The notes beneath the pieces are model-generated. The model did not search any database, was not told the DNA's origin, and was given only the letters and a program-made list of their open reading frames with translations. A DNA stretch of 24,075 bases from Octopus sinensis (Eukaryota): NCBI RefSeq assembly GCF_006345805.1, contig NW_021836486.1:1-24075 (forward strand). The letters are read 5' to 3'. Positions 1-10,534 of this stretch are shown in pieces. Both the position numbers and the translations under genes were made by a program. How positions within the stretch are numbered: position 1 is the first letter of the stretch; the number at the start of each line of letters is the position of its first letter.

Positions 1-930
1 AGTAGTCTTGATCTTGAAGTAGTATTGTCGATACGGACCCTTCCGCGTCGGCCAGTTAAGAAATTTTTCAACCACAGTTTGATGTTCGGATGTAAGTTCG
101 AATCAAATATCTTCCGCGTTAGGAGTTTTCCCCTCGGGACAGAATCAAAAGCCTTTTGTATATCAATAGTACTAAGGCCGTCCGTAGGTGTGTTCCCATG
201 TTAAAGCCCTCAGTGATAAACTGGGAGACAGAACACAAGTGGGTCGTTGTGGAACGGTCTGGTCTAAAACCGTGCTGGAATTCTGGCAGTTGTAGGACAG
301 GAGAGATTCGCATTAATACGAGCTTTTCCAGTACTTTCGATAAGATACAAGTTATTGAGATTGGGCGGTATGAAGAGGGGGCATCCTTTGGTTTCCCAGG
401 CTTTAGGATTGGCGTAATTAGGGAGTTTTTCCATATATTAGGTATCGTACGTAAGTTGATGGAGTCGTTATAATTCTTGATAGTACGGTCCGTGCCCGGG
501 GTCCCATTGTTTGAAGTGAATAGCACAAATCCCGTCGGGGCCACAAGAACGGGTGGGACGTAGGGATTTATAGCCTTGTCAACATCATCTGTGTGAAGAA
601 GGTGGAATACGGTTCTGGTCGTGGTCCGTGCGTTCAGTATGTGGAGTGCGAGAGAAGTTTTATGGCTGATCGATACATAATACTTCATAATCTTGTTTGC
701 AAGTTTGCGAGCGGGTTCCGAGGAATGTGGGCAACAGCCTCAGATTCTCTGTCCTCCTCGCGATAAGGCAATTGATCCTTCTTAGCGTTTTCCAAAAGGT
801 GGCGCAGGAATTTCTGTGACATAAACGTCCAACAAGACGACTCCACTTGATCCGTGATTAGTGCGGATCAGTTCAGAAATTTTGATATTCAAAGGACGTA
901 TGATGCGGATCCTCCATTATTATCGGTTCT
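1..930 (-). mobile_element. LINE (Jockey/I-like) ORF2 fragment: pre-RT linker and N-terminal half of the reverse transcriptase, frameshifted, runs off the window
   Basis: ORF 119..688 contains IPNIWKNSLITPILKPGKPKDAPSSYRPISITCILSKVLEK and QHGFRPDRSTTTHL. After a frameshift it continues DIQKAFDSV. The upstream frame gives KWSRLVGRLCHRNSCATFWKTLRRI, a typical LINE linker. The 5' boundary is approximate. Confidence 0.88.
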
Positions 931-1179
931 TAATGGATATAATGTTAGGAACTTGTAATTCAGAGTTATTAAATTATCGATGTTTAGCTTTTCTTTGCTA
1001 TTTATGTTATAGCTTGTCTTGTCTTCTTAAGGTTGTGCGAATGGAGACAGATGACCTTATTACGATTGTATAGATTGAAATGCAAAATCTCCAGTGACCC
1101 CACCAGAAGGGAAGGATGTCTTTATACTTTATGTTCCTCACATTGAACATCTTGTTTTTAACACTTCTTTAACTCTTGG

Positions 1180-1345
1180 TTGATAGGATCGAAGATCATG
1201 TCGAAAAAAACGATCGAAGAGACAAGCTGGCTTTTTCAGCAAATCTCGGTCGCTGTGCTCACCGGAAACTGTTATTCCATACGCAGCGCTGCGTCAAAGA
1301 GCTGACCCCTAGGCTTTTGACAGACAGCTTTTAGTCGTAGTTAGT
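1180..1345 (+). mobile_element. 3' tail of a CRE-like (REL-endonuclease) non-LTR retrotransposon
   Basis: Translates LIGSKIMSKKTIEETSWLFQQISVAVLTGNCYSIRSAASKS*(TGA 1303-1305), matching the CRE-type C-terminal motif F/LxQRISxAxxRGN. A T-rich tail follows. Confidence 0.7.
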
Positions 1346-1586
1346 TATTATTTACTTTCTTATTTTTTTTATATTATTGATTAAGAAAAAGTTTCACAGG
1401 TAAAGGGAATGCTTATTAGCGGATTGTCAGAACATTACCCCTGACTATACCTAGGAAGACTCACTCGGAAGATATCTGTTTTGCCAGTAACCCTTTTTAA
1501 AGGTTATCCGATTTTTTCCGAGTAGGCTACGAGTAAAAGATCCCTGTATTAAAGACGTTTTGACTGTCAGGAACAACACTCTACAG

Positions 1587-1630
1587 CAGGGGTATCAAAC
1601 TCATTTCGCTTCGAAGGCCGCATTTATAAT
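1587..1630 (+). mobile_element. Orphan terminus of a hAT (Charlie/SPIN-type) element
   Basis: CAGGGGTATCAAACTCA...GGCCGCAT resembles Charlie/SPIN TIR plus subterminal motif. It is preceded by CTCTACAG, a typical nTCTAnAn 8-bp target. No partner end was found. Confidence 0.5.
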
Positions 1631-1734
1631 ATGATTCACGAGCCTAGGGTGTTACCGAGCCGGACAGGTTACACTTGTGTGCTTGGAAAAAATTGATTTG
1701 GACAATAAAATTTATAAATTTATAAATTGACAAT

Positions 1735-1905
1735 TTTCGGGCTAAGACGCTTGCTCAACTCAAGAAACTTGGCCGCTTGTGCACCCACCGCTCCAGAGAT
1801 CCGAGGGAATTTATATTCCTTATTCAGAGGATCTCGCTGGCTGTTTTACACGGGAATTGTCTTTCAATCCTGCGAGCCAGTTCATAGTAGCTAGTTTTTT
1901 TTGTT
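1735..1905 (+). mobile_element. 3' tail of a second CRE-like retrotransposon
   Basis: Translates AKTLAQLKKLGRLCTHRSRDPREFIFLIQRISLAVLHGNCLSILRASS**(TAG TAG 1885-1890), followed by a T-run. Confidence 0.75.
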
Positions 1906-2104
1906 GATTTCTTATATAGTTTAGTATGTTAAAAAATTGACAAATATAGTAGGTGGTATGAATGAATTAAGTTTATTGTAAATTAACAGAGAAAGAGAAA
2001 GTTAACAGGAATTAAGGGCGGTGATAGGACGAGACTGATGCCAAGGCACTGAACTCTTATGAGCTTGCGTCCAATTCATCTGTCGTGAGCCAGAGTAGGT
2101 TCAT

Positions 2105-4575
2105 TAATTTTTGACGAGTGCAGAGAGTTACCGGTCGATAAACAGGTCGGTCACTTGGGATCTCCTTCGGAAAGACCGGATAGATTTCTCAATGACCTGT
2201 CGTATCTCCAGGGATCTGTCTCCACCCAGCTTGGGACGGGGCCTCGTGGGTCAAGCGTATAAGCTAGCTTCAGCGCGTAGCGTCGATTTTCTCGCATTTC
2301 CCGTAAATTTTCTCGAGATCTTCGAGTATTACCATGCTTCCATTCCGTACAGCAAGCTGGGTAGGATGGTTGCATGGAACACAAAGGAATGTCTTAGGAT
2401 CCAGATGCATGCTTCTTAAGAGGCGGAGAGCCGCAATGGCTTTCGCTCTCTTTTTCTTTACATGCAGACGGTAGCCCGAGTTAGCGTCGATCGTAAGCCC
2501 CAGGTAGCGTATGCAGCTGGGGCGCCCAATTTCGGCTAGGGGCCCAGAGCTCTGATCTGATGACTTTTTCGAGTTGATTGTAGGAAAGCGGATTTATCCA
2601 TTGCTAACGAGAGCTGTTTGCTGGCGCACACCACTCCTTTATTACCTCAATGTAGGTGAAAAGCCTCTTTTCTGAGGCCATCACATCTTTGAGGTGTCAA
2701 GGATAAGGACGTCATCAGCATAGAGAAGTAGATTTGTCCGAGGGTCCCGGGGCAAAGGGAAACTGCTCATAACCAAATTGAAAAGAAGTGGACTGAGGCA
2801 GGACCTCTGCGGAACCCCTCTGGGCCTCGAAAGCTTTTGAAATGTCCAGACATACAAGAGATAGAGTTTTTTTTTAAATTCCATTGCTCTCGAAATCATG
2901 GACTGTACCGTTATGAAACAGTCACTGCAGCTACGCCCAGAACGAAAATCCCATTGCTGCGTTAGCAGCACTCTCTTTCTTCGGAGTGGAAGTCAAGGCG
3001 CTTGGCCATGATTTTTTCCATCAGCCTTGAGATAGTTGTGATTAGGCTTATGGGACGATAGCTGCTAGCGAGGTTCACAGGCTTCGCAGGCTTTTTGATC
3101 ATCCGGACCTCTGAGATTTTCCATTTCCCGGCACATGGCCCCACTTGAGACTTGCCGTAAACAGATCCGCAAGGAACACATGTAGGTCTTCAGAGGCTTC
3201 CTTAACAGCCGCATCGGTATTTTGTCGTGGCCTGGTGCGTAGCCTTTGACGAACGGATGGCCCAGTCACCTCTGCAGTGGTGATCGGGTGATGTTCCGAC
3301 GACAGTGCGCGCAGCAGTGGCTCCGACTCCCTGCCTGCGCGTGTTGTATTGGATTGGCCTCCTGGATAATGGCCAGGTTTCTGCGAAATGTTCGGGATTT
3401 CCTGTGGCGAGGCGGGCATATCAAATTGGTTGCACAGCCTCGGGGGTGAGGATTTTCCTTCGAGGTTAGCCACTTTGCGGAAACAGTCCCAGAAATTTGG
3501 GTTTCTGTAGTCTAAGTTTTGACAAGCCTTCTGCCATTTCCTGCATTTCCAGCTTTGTCAGGACTTGAACTTCATAGCCAATTTTCGAGATCATGTTTTT
3601 AAGTCTACCCTGTCAGTGGGGTCAACACAGCGTTTGAGTTTGTTTCTCAGCCGCTTTCTCTCGTTGAGGAGAAGTTTCACCCTCGTGCTTAGAGTAGATC
3701 TTCGTAGGCGGTCAGCACATGGCACTGTTCCGTACGATTTTAGATAATGGCGCATGAAATTTGTTAGCTCATCGCTTGCATAGTCGATGTCGCTGGCAGT
3801 GTTGTAGTATGTAAGGTGAGTGTTCACAAGTAGGAATGCACTCATAGAGCTTCTATAGTGTGGCCAGTTGATTCTTGAAAGACTGTAGCCTGTGGATACG
3901 TGGTCTTGTTTAATAGAGCTAGAGTGAATTTTGATCTCCATAGGAAGGTGATCACTTCCGATATCGTCAAGCACTGTAGGCTTTTCCATAATGGTAGCGA
4001 TCGAGTGAGAACAGAATGCACAGGCATAGGTTGTCCTCGCCGTAGGGCGATTGGTGGTTCGGCACTTCAGATGTCCTGACGAAAACACCAAGTTTGTCAG
4101 TGATCGTCTTCAGTGTTTCGACCATCCTGGTTGCTTAATCGACATCCAAACGCCGTATGCTTCGAGTTTAGGTCTCCGATAAGAAGGCAGTGAGCGCTAT
4201 TTGAGAAGAAATCGTTAATCAGACTGGTGCAGGGAGGAAGATATTTGCAGTATTTCCACCGATTTTTAGCCAGAAAGATTCTGTTTTCACCTCAAGAGAT
4301 AGGAATTCACACAGTGTCCCCTCGATGATAGTGAGGTTACGACTTTGAGATTTTCGCTGTAAGAAGATGCTCGAACCAGTCCCAGGCGTAAAGCAGCTAC
4401 CACCATTTAAGATCCACTGACCGGTAGCCTGGGAGCTGGTAAGAGTCATCTTCCTTGAGCTTCGACTCGTTGACGACAATAATGTCTGGATGGCCGCTGT
4501 TCACCATCTCAACGAAGTCGTGATGCCATCTCTTGATAGAACGGGCATTCACAGCGATTATTTGATCGTGGCTAT
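2105..4575 (-). pseudogene. LINE ORF2 (apurinic endonuclease + reverse transcriptase), frameshifted, with an internal deletion
   Basis: APE motifs: IIAVNARSI..PDIIVVNESKL, LIGDLNSKH, DDIGSDHLPM. RT motifs: KPAKPVNLASSYRPISLITTISRLMEK, QWDFRSGRSC, DISKAF joined directly to GVPQRSCLSPLLFN (deletion near 2826), LLYADD, RYLGLTID. Confidence 0.88.
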
Positions 4576-4723
4576 GTTGGTGAATTGCTCCTTTCTAGCA
4601 GGAGCTCTTGCACCATATTCAAACTTACTCCAGCCTTGGTCAGGGTGTCTACCCAACGGCAGAAGGATTCCAGTAGGGAATCTCTGTTGTGTAGGTCCTC
4701 TCCCTTCTTATGGGGGAGAGCCG

Positions 4724-6079
4724 GGCGATATCGTGTTTTAGCGTCTTAAAATCACAAGGGATCAATTCTGATTAGAAATCGCAAATAAATTAATATTATT
4801 ATATTATTTTTTAAAAATTATTATAATTATTTATATGTACAATACTGTGGCAACCCTAAATTAAAATTTTTTTAAAACTACATTTTTACACAGCAACTTA
4901 GTAAAACATGAAAACAGTGAAAAAACTCGAATTATTAAGACAAAGGATACTGAGAATTAATAGTTATTAACATTTTAATAAATGCATTCCCGCCTCCACA
5001 GGGATACGTATCATTTCTCCACCGCCATTCAAATTCCGCCAGATAAGAATTAAAAAGAACACGGGATGTTCCATTCATCCTTTTAGCTTTTTCTTGGCGT
5101 GAGACCACAATGACTCGATTCCCTGCGTATGTGTGGAGCGATTGTTCTGGTCAACAAAATTGCGGCTGTGGTTGACTCTTAAATGATCGGCATATCCTAA
5201 CAATTCGATTCTATTGTAGGCTGGCCAATAATCCTACAGATAATCGATCCGGTCTGTACATGAGTTTGGATTATTGGAATCAGCCTGTCTCGACTCCGAT
5301 CAGGAACTTCGACCAGAAAAATATTCCTAGGGTTGCCCCTCTCTTTTCCACCAACAACCCAATGCCCTTCGTGCCAGGTACCTCTTGCGTATTTTCGATG
5401 AAAATATTTTGTTTCATCCACTTCTACGACAATTGGCAACATAGTTTCTGGTTTTCCATTCCACCGAGAGAACAAGGATGGTCCTCGACCCACTTTACAC
5501 ATACATCACGTAAAAAGTTGCCCCAATCAATTGATGTTTTTTTAAAGTCTGATCGAGATTCTTTGCTGCAGATAATCGTTTCTGAATTGAGTGCCCAAAA
5601 ATAGATATAGTCCAAAATTTTCTTCAATTCAAGATGACTATGTGAGAAAAAGCTGCCATCTCGAATCGATTTTGAGAAATTGCATGTTTTACATTTCCAC
5701 TTTAATTTGTCGAGTCGGGATTTGTCTGAAAGAAGACGGCAATCCGTGCTGCAGTTTTCGCATTTCATCGAATTTTTGATTAGCTGATATTGAGCCAACC
5801 AATTGCCGTATCTGCGTGGTCACTGTTATTTCCACAAAATCTCGGTGTTCAATTCAAATAGTAACAAATCATATGTTGGTTGAGTATTATTAACAATAAT
5901 AGTCGATGCAGACGGCCTTCCGCGAGACATCATTCAAAAATACTGTTAAAGCGTTGCAGATAATAATTATTTTGATAATTATAATAATTTTTAAAAAATA
6001 ATATAATAATATTATTTATTTGCGATTTCTAATCAGAATTGGTCCCTATGATTTTAAGACGCTAAAACACGATATCGCC
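4724..6079 (-). mobile_element. Merlin (IS1016/IS1595-ISXO2-like) DNA transposon, complete
   Basis: About 105-bp TIRs starting GGCGATATCGTGTTTTAGCGTCTTAAAATCA and ending TGATTTTAAGACGCTAAAACACGATATCGCC. Perfect 8-bp TSD GAGAGCCG at 4716-4723 and 6080-6087. Confidence 0.95.
4935..5933 (-). pseudogene. Merlin/ISXO2-like DDE transposase with N-terminal zinc ribbon, several 1-bp frameshifts
   Basis: Motifs CENC...WKCKTC, SIRDGSFF, VEVDETKYFHRKYARG..WVVGGKERG, VPDRSRDRLIPII, D(Y)WPAY, VNHS..FVD, HTQGIESLW and YLAEFEWR. Ends YPLS-TAA. Confidence 0.9.
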
Positions 6080-6467
6080 GAGAGCCGAGCGGACCACTTC
6101 TGAGTTATGGGACTCATTAGTGTTTGACTTCGAGCTTGTTTGAGACCTGGGGGCCGGCGACGTCTGAATAGAGACATCGACTTTCGACGGACTTTGGGGA
6201 GACCCTTTTGTCCAGACTGATTCCATCTGTTCGGCTTTTACCCAGCGTACTGGGCTTTTTGTCTGTGGGCTCTTCGCAGCCCTTAAGGCTGCTGTTGCTG
6301 CTTTGTTAAAAATACAATTAAATAGATAACGAATTATTCATTTAAAATTTTATTAGCATTAAAAATTTTGATTAAATATAAAAAAATAAAAAATAATTTT
6401 TTGTATTTTATAGCCATTAAATCAGACCGCACTTATGTTTGCCAAAGTACGCTGAAGGCCACACCTA

Positions 6468-7618
6468 CAGTATGGTCCAAAAATTATTACAGCCCTTGTT
6501 TTTTTTTTGAAAAAATCTTATATCTGTTAGAATAATACATCTATTTAATTATTTTTTTTTGAATTATACTATTTTAGTTTTTAATGGATTTTTCATTTGT
6601 AGAAAATTAAAATGAATTTAATTGTACATATATTTAAAAAAATTAATGAATTTCAAATGGTCCATAAATAGTACACCTTAGCAAATTCAACATCCGTTGT
6701 GCTTTAAAATTACCTAATAAAGTTTTATTTAATATAAAAAATATTTTTATTATTAGTTTATGTTTTTTTATTATTTTAAAGTAATTATTTAATTAAATAA
6801 TTATCTCTTTATCAAAATAATTACATGAACATTCGTGAAGTTGATCTCTTTCAGATATTAAAAATCGTATTCTTTCCTTACACGAGGACAACTATGGACA
6901 CAAAAAAATTGCCAAGAAACTTAAGATTAGCAAGAACACCGTTGCTAGGATTGTACAAAAATACCGAAAAAACGGAATAAACGGCATTTTAATGGAGAAA
7001 GAGGGAGACCGAAGAAGTTATCTATCAGATCTACAATAAAAAGGACACTACATGAATGCAATTTATATGGCCAAGTACCTCGAAGGAAACCATTATTGTC
7101 AAAAGGCAAAAAAAAACCGTTTACAATTTGCAAAAAAATAGTAAAACAAAATATGGATTTTTGGAATAGAATTCTGTGGTCAGATGAGACCAAAATCAAT
7201 TTGTTCGGATCAGATGGAATTCAGCATGTGTGGCGCAAAAATGCCGATGCACTAGTAGCTACAATGAAACATGGCGGCGGAAATATAAAGATATGGGGAT
7301 CTATGAGCTCGCAAGGACCTGGTGAACTTTATATCATAAATGGGATCATGAATGCAGACATGTACATTATATACTTGAGGAAAAAATGATTCCCTTTATC
7401 AACGATCATTCAGGAAATCAGATTTTCCAACAAGATAACGATCCGAAGCATACTGCAAAGAAGACTAAAAGTTTTTTGACTGAAAAAAAATCTTGCAAAT
7501 GGACTGGCCGAGCATGTCGCCAGATTTAAATCCAATTGAACACCTATGGTGCTATTTAAAAAGAAAAATTGAAACATTTGACGTCACAAATAAAAAAAAT
7601 CAGAAAATTTAATTATTG
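6468..7618 (+). mobile_element. Tc1-family (IR/DR type) transposon, left end plus transposase, right end lost
   Basis: Left end TA|CAGTATGGTCCAAAAATTATTACA. An inner direct repeat ATGGTCCATAAATAGTACA lies at about 6657-6675. The sequence is truncated where pogo sequence begins. Confidence 0.85.
6825..7612 (+). pseudogene. Tc1 DD34E transposase, frameshifted, internally deleted and 3'-truncated
   Basis: Paired-like HTH (KKIAKKLKISKNTVARIVQKY...GRPKKLS), then RKPLLS, WNRILWSDETKINLFGSDG, TMKHGGGNIKIWG, FQQDNDPKH and [15 protein letters not shown]. The D-to-E spacing is 34 residues if one A-run indel is corrected. Confidence 0.9.
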
Positions 7619-7627
7619 AACCCCGCC

Positions 7628-7760
7628 CCAACAAAAACCCCGCCTTGGGGCACCCTCGATTTTTGGGACACCCTCGGTTTTTGGGGCGATTTTATTTTTT
7701 AGTACATTTTTCAGCAATAATTTCCAAATTTGGAAATTATCAAAACCCCACTATGGGGCA
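7628..7760. repeat. Subterminal quasi-palindromic repeats of the pogo element (CCC(C/T)CG..TTTTGGGGCAC), probable transposase-binding sites
   Basis: Four to five copies on the left (CCCCGCCTTGGGGCACC, CCCTCGATTTTTGGGACACC, CCCTCGGTTTTTGGGGCG, CCCCACTATGGGGCAC). Further copies lie at about 9434-9470. Confidence 0.7.
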
Positions 7761-7843
7761 CTTTACTAATTTATTTTAATATTATTACATAATATTTTTT
7801 TGAATAATATTATTTTTGAACGTTTGATACTTATCTTTGTTTA

Positions 7844-9242
7844 ATGCCTTCCAAGATTTCTATTGAAAAAAAAATTAAATTTGCAAAGTGTCTACAAACT
7901 TCTTCTGAAATAGAAGTTGCAAAAAAATTCAAGATAAGCAAAGGCACTATTTCCCGAATAAAAAAAAACATTTCTTGTTTCATTAATACCGGATCAGTCA
8001 TTTCAAGATTAGTTCAAATAGATGAAGTTGAACAAGCTTCTAATGAAACAAATCAATTTGAAAAACTTAACGAATGAAAACTTTTCTATTTCGGGTACAT
8101 TAATCAAAGCCATCGCGAAAAAAAATATCGACAAAATTGGATTCTCGAACACCTTTTAAAGCCTCAAACGGTTGGCTAGACAGATTAAGAAGAGACATGA
8201 TCTGGTTTTTAAAACTATTTCTGGTGAAAAAAATTCAGCAGACAAAAGTAATTTGCAAATTTTTTCTTTCAATTTGATAATTTATTGAAAACCTATGGTC
8301 ATGAAAATATTTTTAATTGCGATGAACATTTTGTATGTTAAAAAATTTCCTTCAAGATCTTATGTCGAATCGATAGAAGCATGTCATGGTACGAAATTCA
8401 GTAAAGAAAGAGTAACAGTCCTCCTTTGCTGTAATGCAGCAGGAAAAAATTAAGACCTATTGTTATTGGAAAATACAAATCACCTCGTTGTATGAAAAGT
8501 TGGCTTAATTATATTTGAACATAGATTTTGATTGTGAAAAATTCGGTATTTTATATGCAGCGTCAAAAAATTCCTGGATGAACAGAGAAATTTTTCAAAT
8601 GTGGCTATCAAAGATTAACGACGACTTTCTCTCACAAGATTGAAAAATTATTTTTATAATGGATAATGCTACATGCCATTCTTTATTGGAATACTCAAAT
8701 GTTAAATTGTTTTTTCTTCCAAAAACACAACATCTTTGATTCAACCTCTAGACATGGGTATAATAAAATGTTTTTAAGGTATATTACACAAACTTTTTAA
8801 TGAACTTTATGTCGATTTGAAAAAAGATACAACAATTAATCCTAAATCTTTGAAAAATATAGATATGCGACAGATTATAATACTTGTTAGGAAGTTAAAG
8901 AAACAACAATAATTAATTGTTGGAAGAAAATTGAGGAAAAGAGAAGAATTAGTTGAAGATAAAAATTGCGGGGAAGAAGTCCTGGAAGAAATAATAACCG
9001 AAGTAATATCTGAAGAAAATGAAGATCTAGTCAAAAGTCGCGAATTTTATAATGGAACTGGGATAGAGGACAAAACAACGATATTAGAAACGTATGAAAT
9101 GATGGATAAGTTGGAAAATGTAGCGCAAAATACATCTTTCGAGACACTCCAAAAATATTACGAGTTTAGATTTCAACTTGGAAAAGATTTAAGAAATAAG
9201 AAAAATTTGAAATTGACTGATTATTTCAAAAAAATGTTTTAA
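7844..9242 (+). pseudogene. pogo/Tigger (CENP-B-like HTH + DDE_1, about DD29D) transposase with one 26-nt intron, frameshifted
   Basis: Motifs EVAKKFKISKGTISRIKKN, FKASNGWLDR, KTISGE, IFNCDE, KERVTVLLCCNAAG, VIGKYKSPRC, SWMNREIF, IMDNATCH, TTSLIQPLDMGII, TIINCWKK, and C-terminal KLTDYFKK. Confidence 0.9.
8499..8524 (+). other. 26-nt GT-AG intron in the pogo transposase
   Basis: GTTGGCTTAATTATATTTGAACATAG. Removing it restores PRCMKNFDCEKFGILYAASKNSWM in one frame with family-typical spacing. Confidence 0.75.
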
Positions 9243-9496
9243 AAATAATGACTTATTTTAATCAAAATCAAATTAAAAAACAGAATAGAAATCTATCAAA
9301 CTATAGAGCAAAAAAGCACAACTTATTGTATTATCGGCATATAAACACTTTGAGAGATGTGAAAGAGTTCTTTGTTCGCAAAGTAAACCAAAATTTAAGT
9401 TAAATAAACTATAATTCAATAGTTTGAACCAGACCCCTGTTTGGAAGGGTACCCCGCTTTTTGGGGCACTTTGGTGCCCCACCCCGGGTTAGACTG

Positions 9497-9900
9497 TATT
9501 TAGCGTATTTTCTTGCTTTTGACCTCTTTAGATAGGATTCCGGAACTTTCAAGTAATTCTCTTATGTTCTGGACGTTCCAAACCAGACAATTTTTCCATT
9601 GAAAGGAAAGGTCGTCATACTGTCTGGTCTTCTGCCGTTTTTGCAAAGATCAGGTTCAAGCTTTGTGTGGAATCCGGAATTACGGAGTAACGGGGAAAGC
9701 GTCCAATTCTGTGACAGAAAGAAGAGTGTTAATCAAGTTCATCGACATTTATGTTTGGGCGATACGGGTGAACCGAGAGGTAGGCAGATTCCAATCCTCA
9801 CAGTGGCAACCAGCTGCTTAAAAACATAAGATTTCGGCAAGCACGGCTCAGATTCAAATTACTCATTTTTAAGCATGCCAGCTAGCCCTAGTCTATGCGT
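9497..9900 (-). mobile_element. Degenerate CRE-like retrotransposon fragment (zinc-finger + REL endonuclease region)
   Basis: Pieces translate GICLPLGSPVSPKHKCR, GFHTKLEPDLCKNGRRPDSMTTFPFNGK and CLVWNV, similar to the CRE motif LEP..GKRPDGxTxxPxxxGxxLVWD. It ends SKKYAK at the pogo TA. Confidence 0.65.
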
Positions 9901-10057
9901 TCGTTCAATTTTTCTTATGCTTTGTCCTTGATGAATGATGTGCATTACAATTGGCGAGCTGTATTACATAAAATAAGCAGTCCCAATTTTTTCCAAATGG
10001 TAATGCTTTTAAAATTGTTTATTTATTTAATCTTTTTGGAATTTTGTACACACTTAT

Positions 10058-10332
10058 TTATTTATTTTTAGCAGTAATTATTCCTCTGAAAATCCCAATC
10101 ACTTGAAAGTGTTGCTCATTTCGATTACATCCACTGCGATTCCATCCTCCAAAGTGAGACTTCCGAGAATCATTTCTCCAATCTTGTTGGGTACTGAAAT
10201 AGCTGTGCATGTTGCTCTGTCTGTACATATCTGCTCCTGATTGTACTGTTTGAATCTCATACCTGAATTATCCTCGTTTTGGCAATTACATGGAATTCTC
10301 ATACAATTACAGTTTGGGTTAACTCCTGCCAT
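10058..10332 (-). CDS. Candidate small Cys-rich protein gene (77 aa unspliced, or about 82 aa with a 26-nt intron)
   Basis: Starts MAGVNPNCNCMRIPCNC. CCAAT and TATAAATA lie 35-50 nt upstream and AATAAA repeats lie downstream. No recognisable homology. Confidence 0.35.
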
Positions 10333-10365
10333 TTGTGTACGTCAAAGTCTAAATAATATCGGCAG

Positions 10366-10383
10366 TATTTATAGTCGGATTGG
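10366..10383 (-). promoter_or_regulatory. Putative CCAAT + TATA box upstream of the small ORF
   Basis: Minus strand reads CCAATCCGACTATAAATA, ending 33 nt before the ATG at 10332. Confidence 0.3.
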
Positions 10384-10534
10384 GGCGATTCGACTTAATA
10401 AAGTCGGCATTTCAAACAAAGTTTAGAATTTTCTTATCTTGAATGAAAATCAAAGGAACAAGACTGGCTTGACGGGTAATTTAATTTTATTGTAAGAAAA
10501 TATTTTTTTAATAATCTATTCTTATAAGAAGCTA

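Larger units (their letters stand above)
1958..6305 (-). mobile_element. LINE (APE + RT, Jockey/I-like), 5'-truncated in ORF1, interrupted by a Merlin at 4724-6079
   Basis: 3' end on the minus strand has AATAAA (plus-strand TTTATT 1972-1977) followed by an ATTCATTCAT tail (1958-1967). ORF2 motifs are listed in the next feature. The ORF1 C-terminus lies at about 4570-4715 and resumes at 6088 after the Merlin TSD. Confidence 0.88.
7619..9496 (+). mobile_element. pogo/Tigger DNA transposon, right end intact, extreme left tip missing
   Basis: Right end GGTGCCCCACCCCGGGTTAGACTG|TA. The left side retains AACCCCGCCTTGGGGCACC but lacks the terminal CAGTCT. Subterminal CCC..TTTTTGGGGCAC repeats occur at both ends. 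Confidence 0.85.

Noticed and set aside
4724-6079. Bacterial IS1595/ISXO2 or prokaryotic origin of the window
   Set aside because: The context of LINEs, hAT, pogo and spliceosomal introns is eukaryotic, and the long TIRs fit Merlin.
7628-7690. CRISPR-like repeat array
   Set aside because: The repeats abut without unique spacers and recur at the other pogo end, so they are subterminal repeats.
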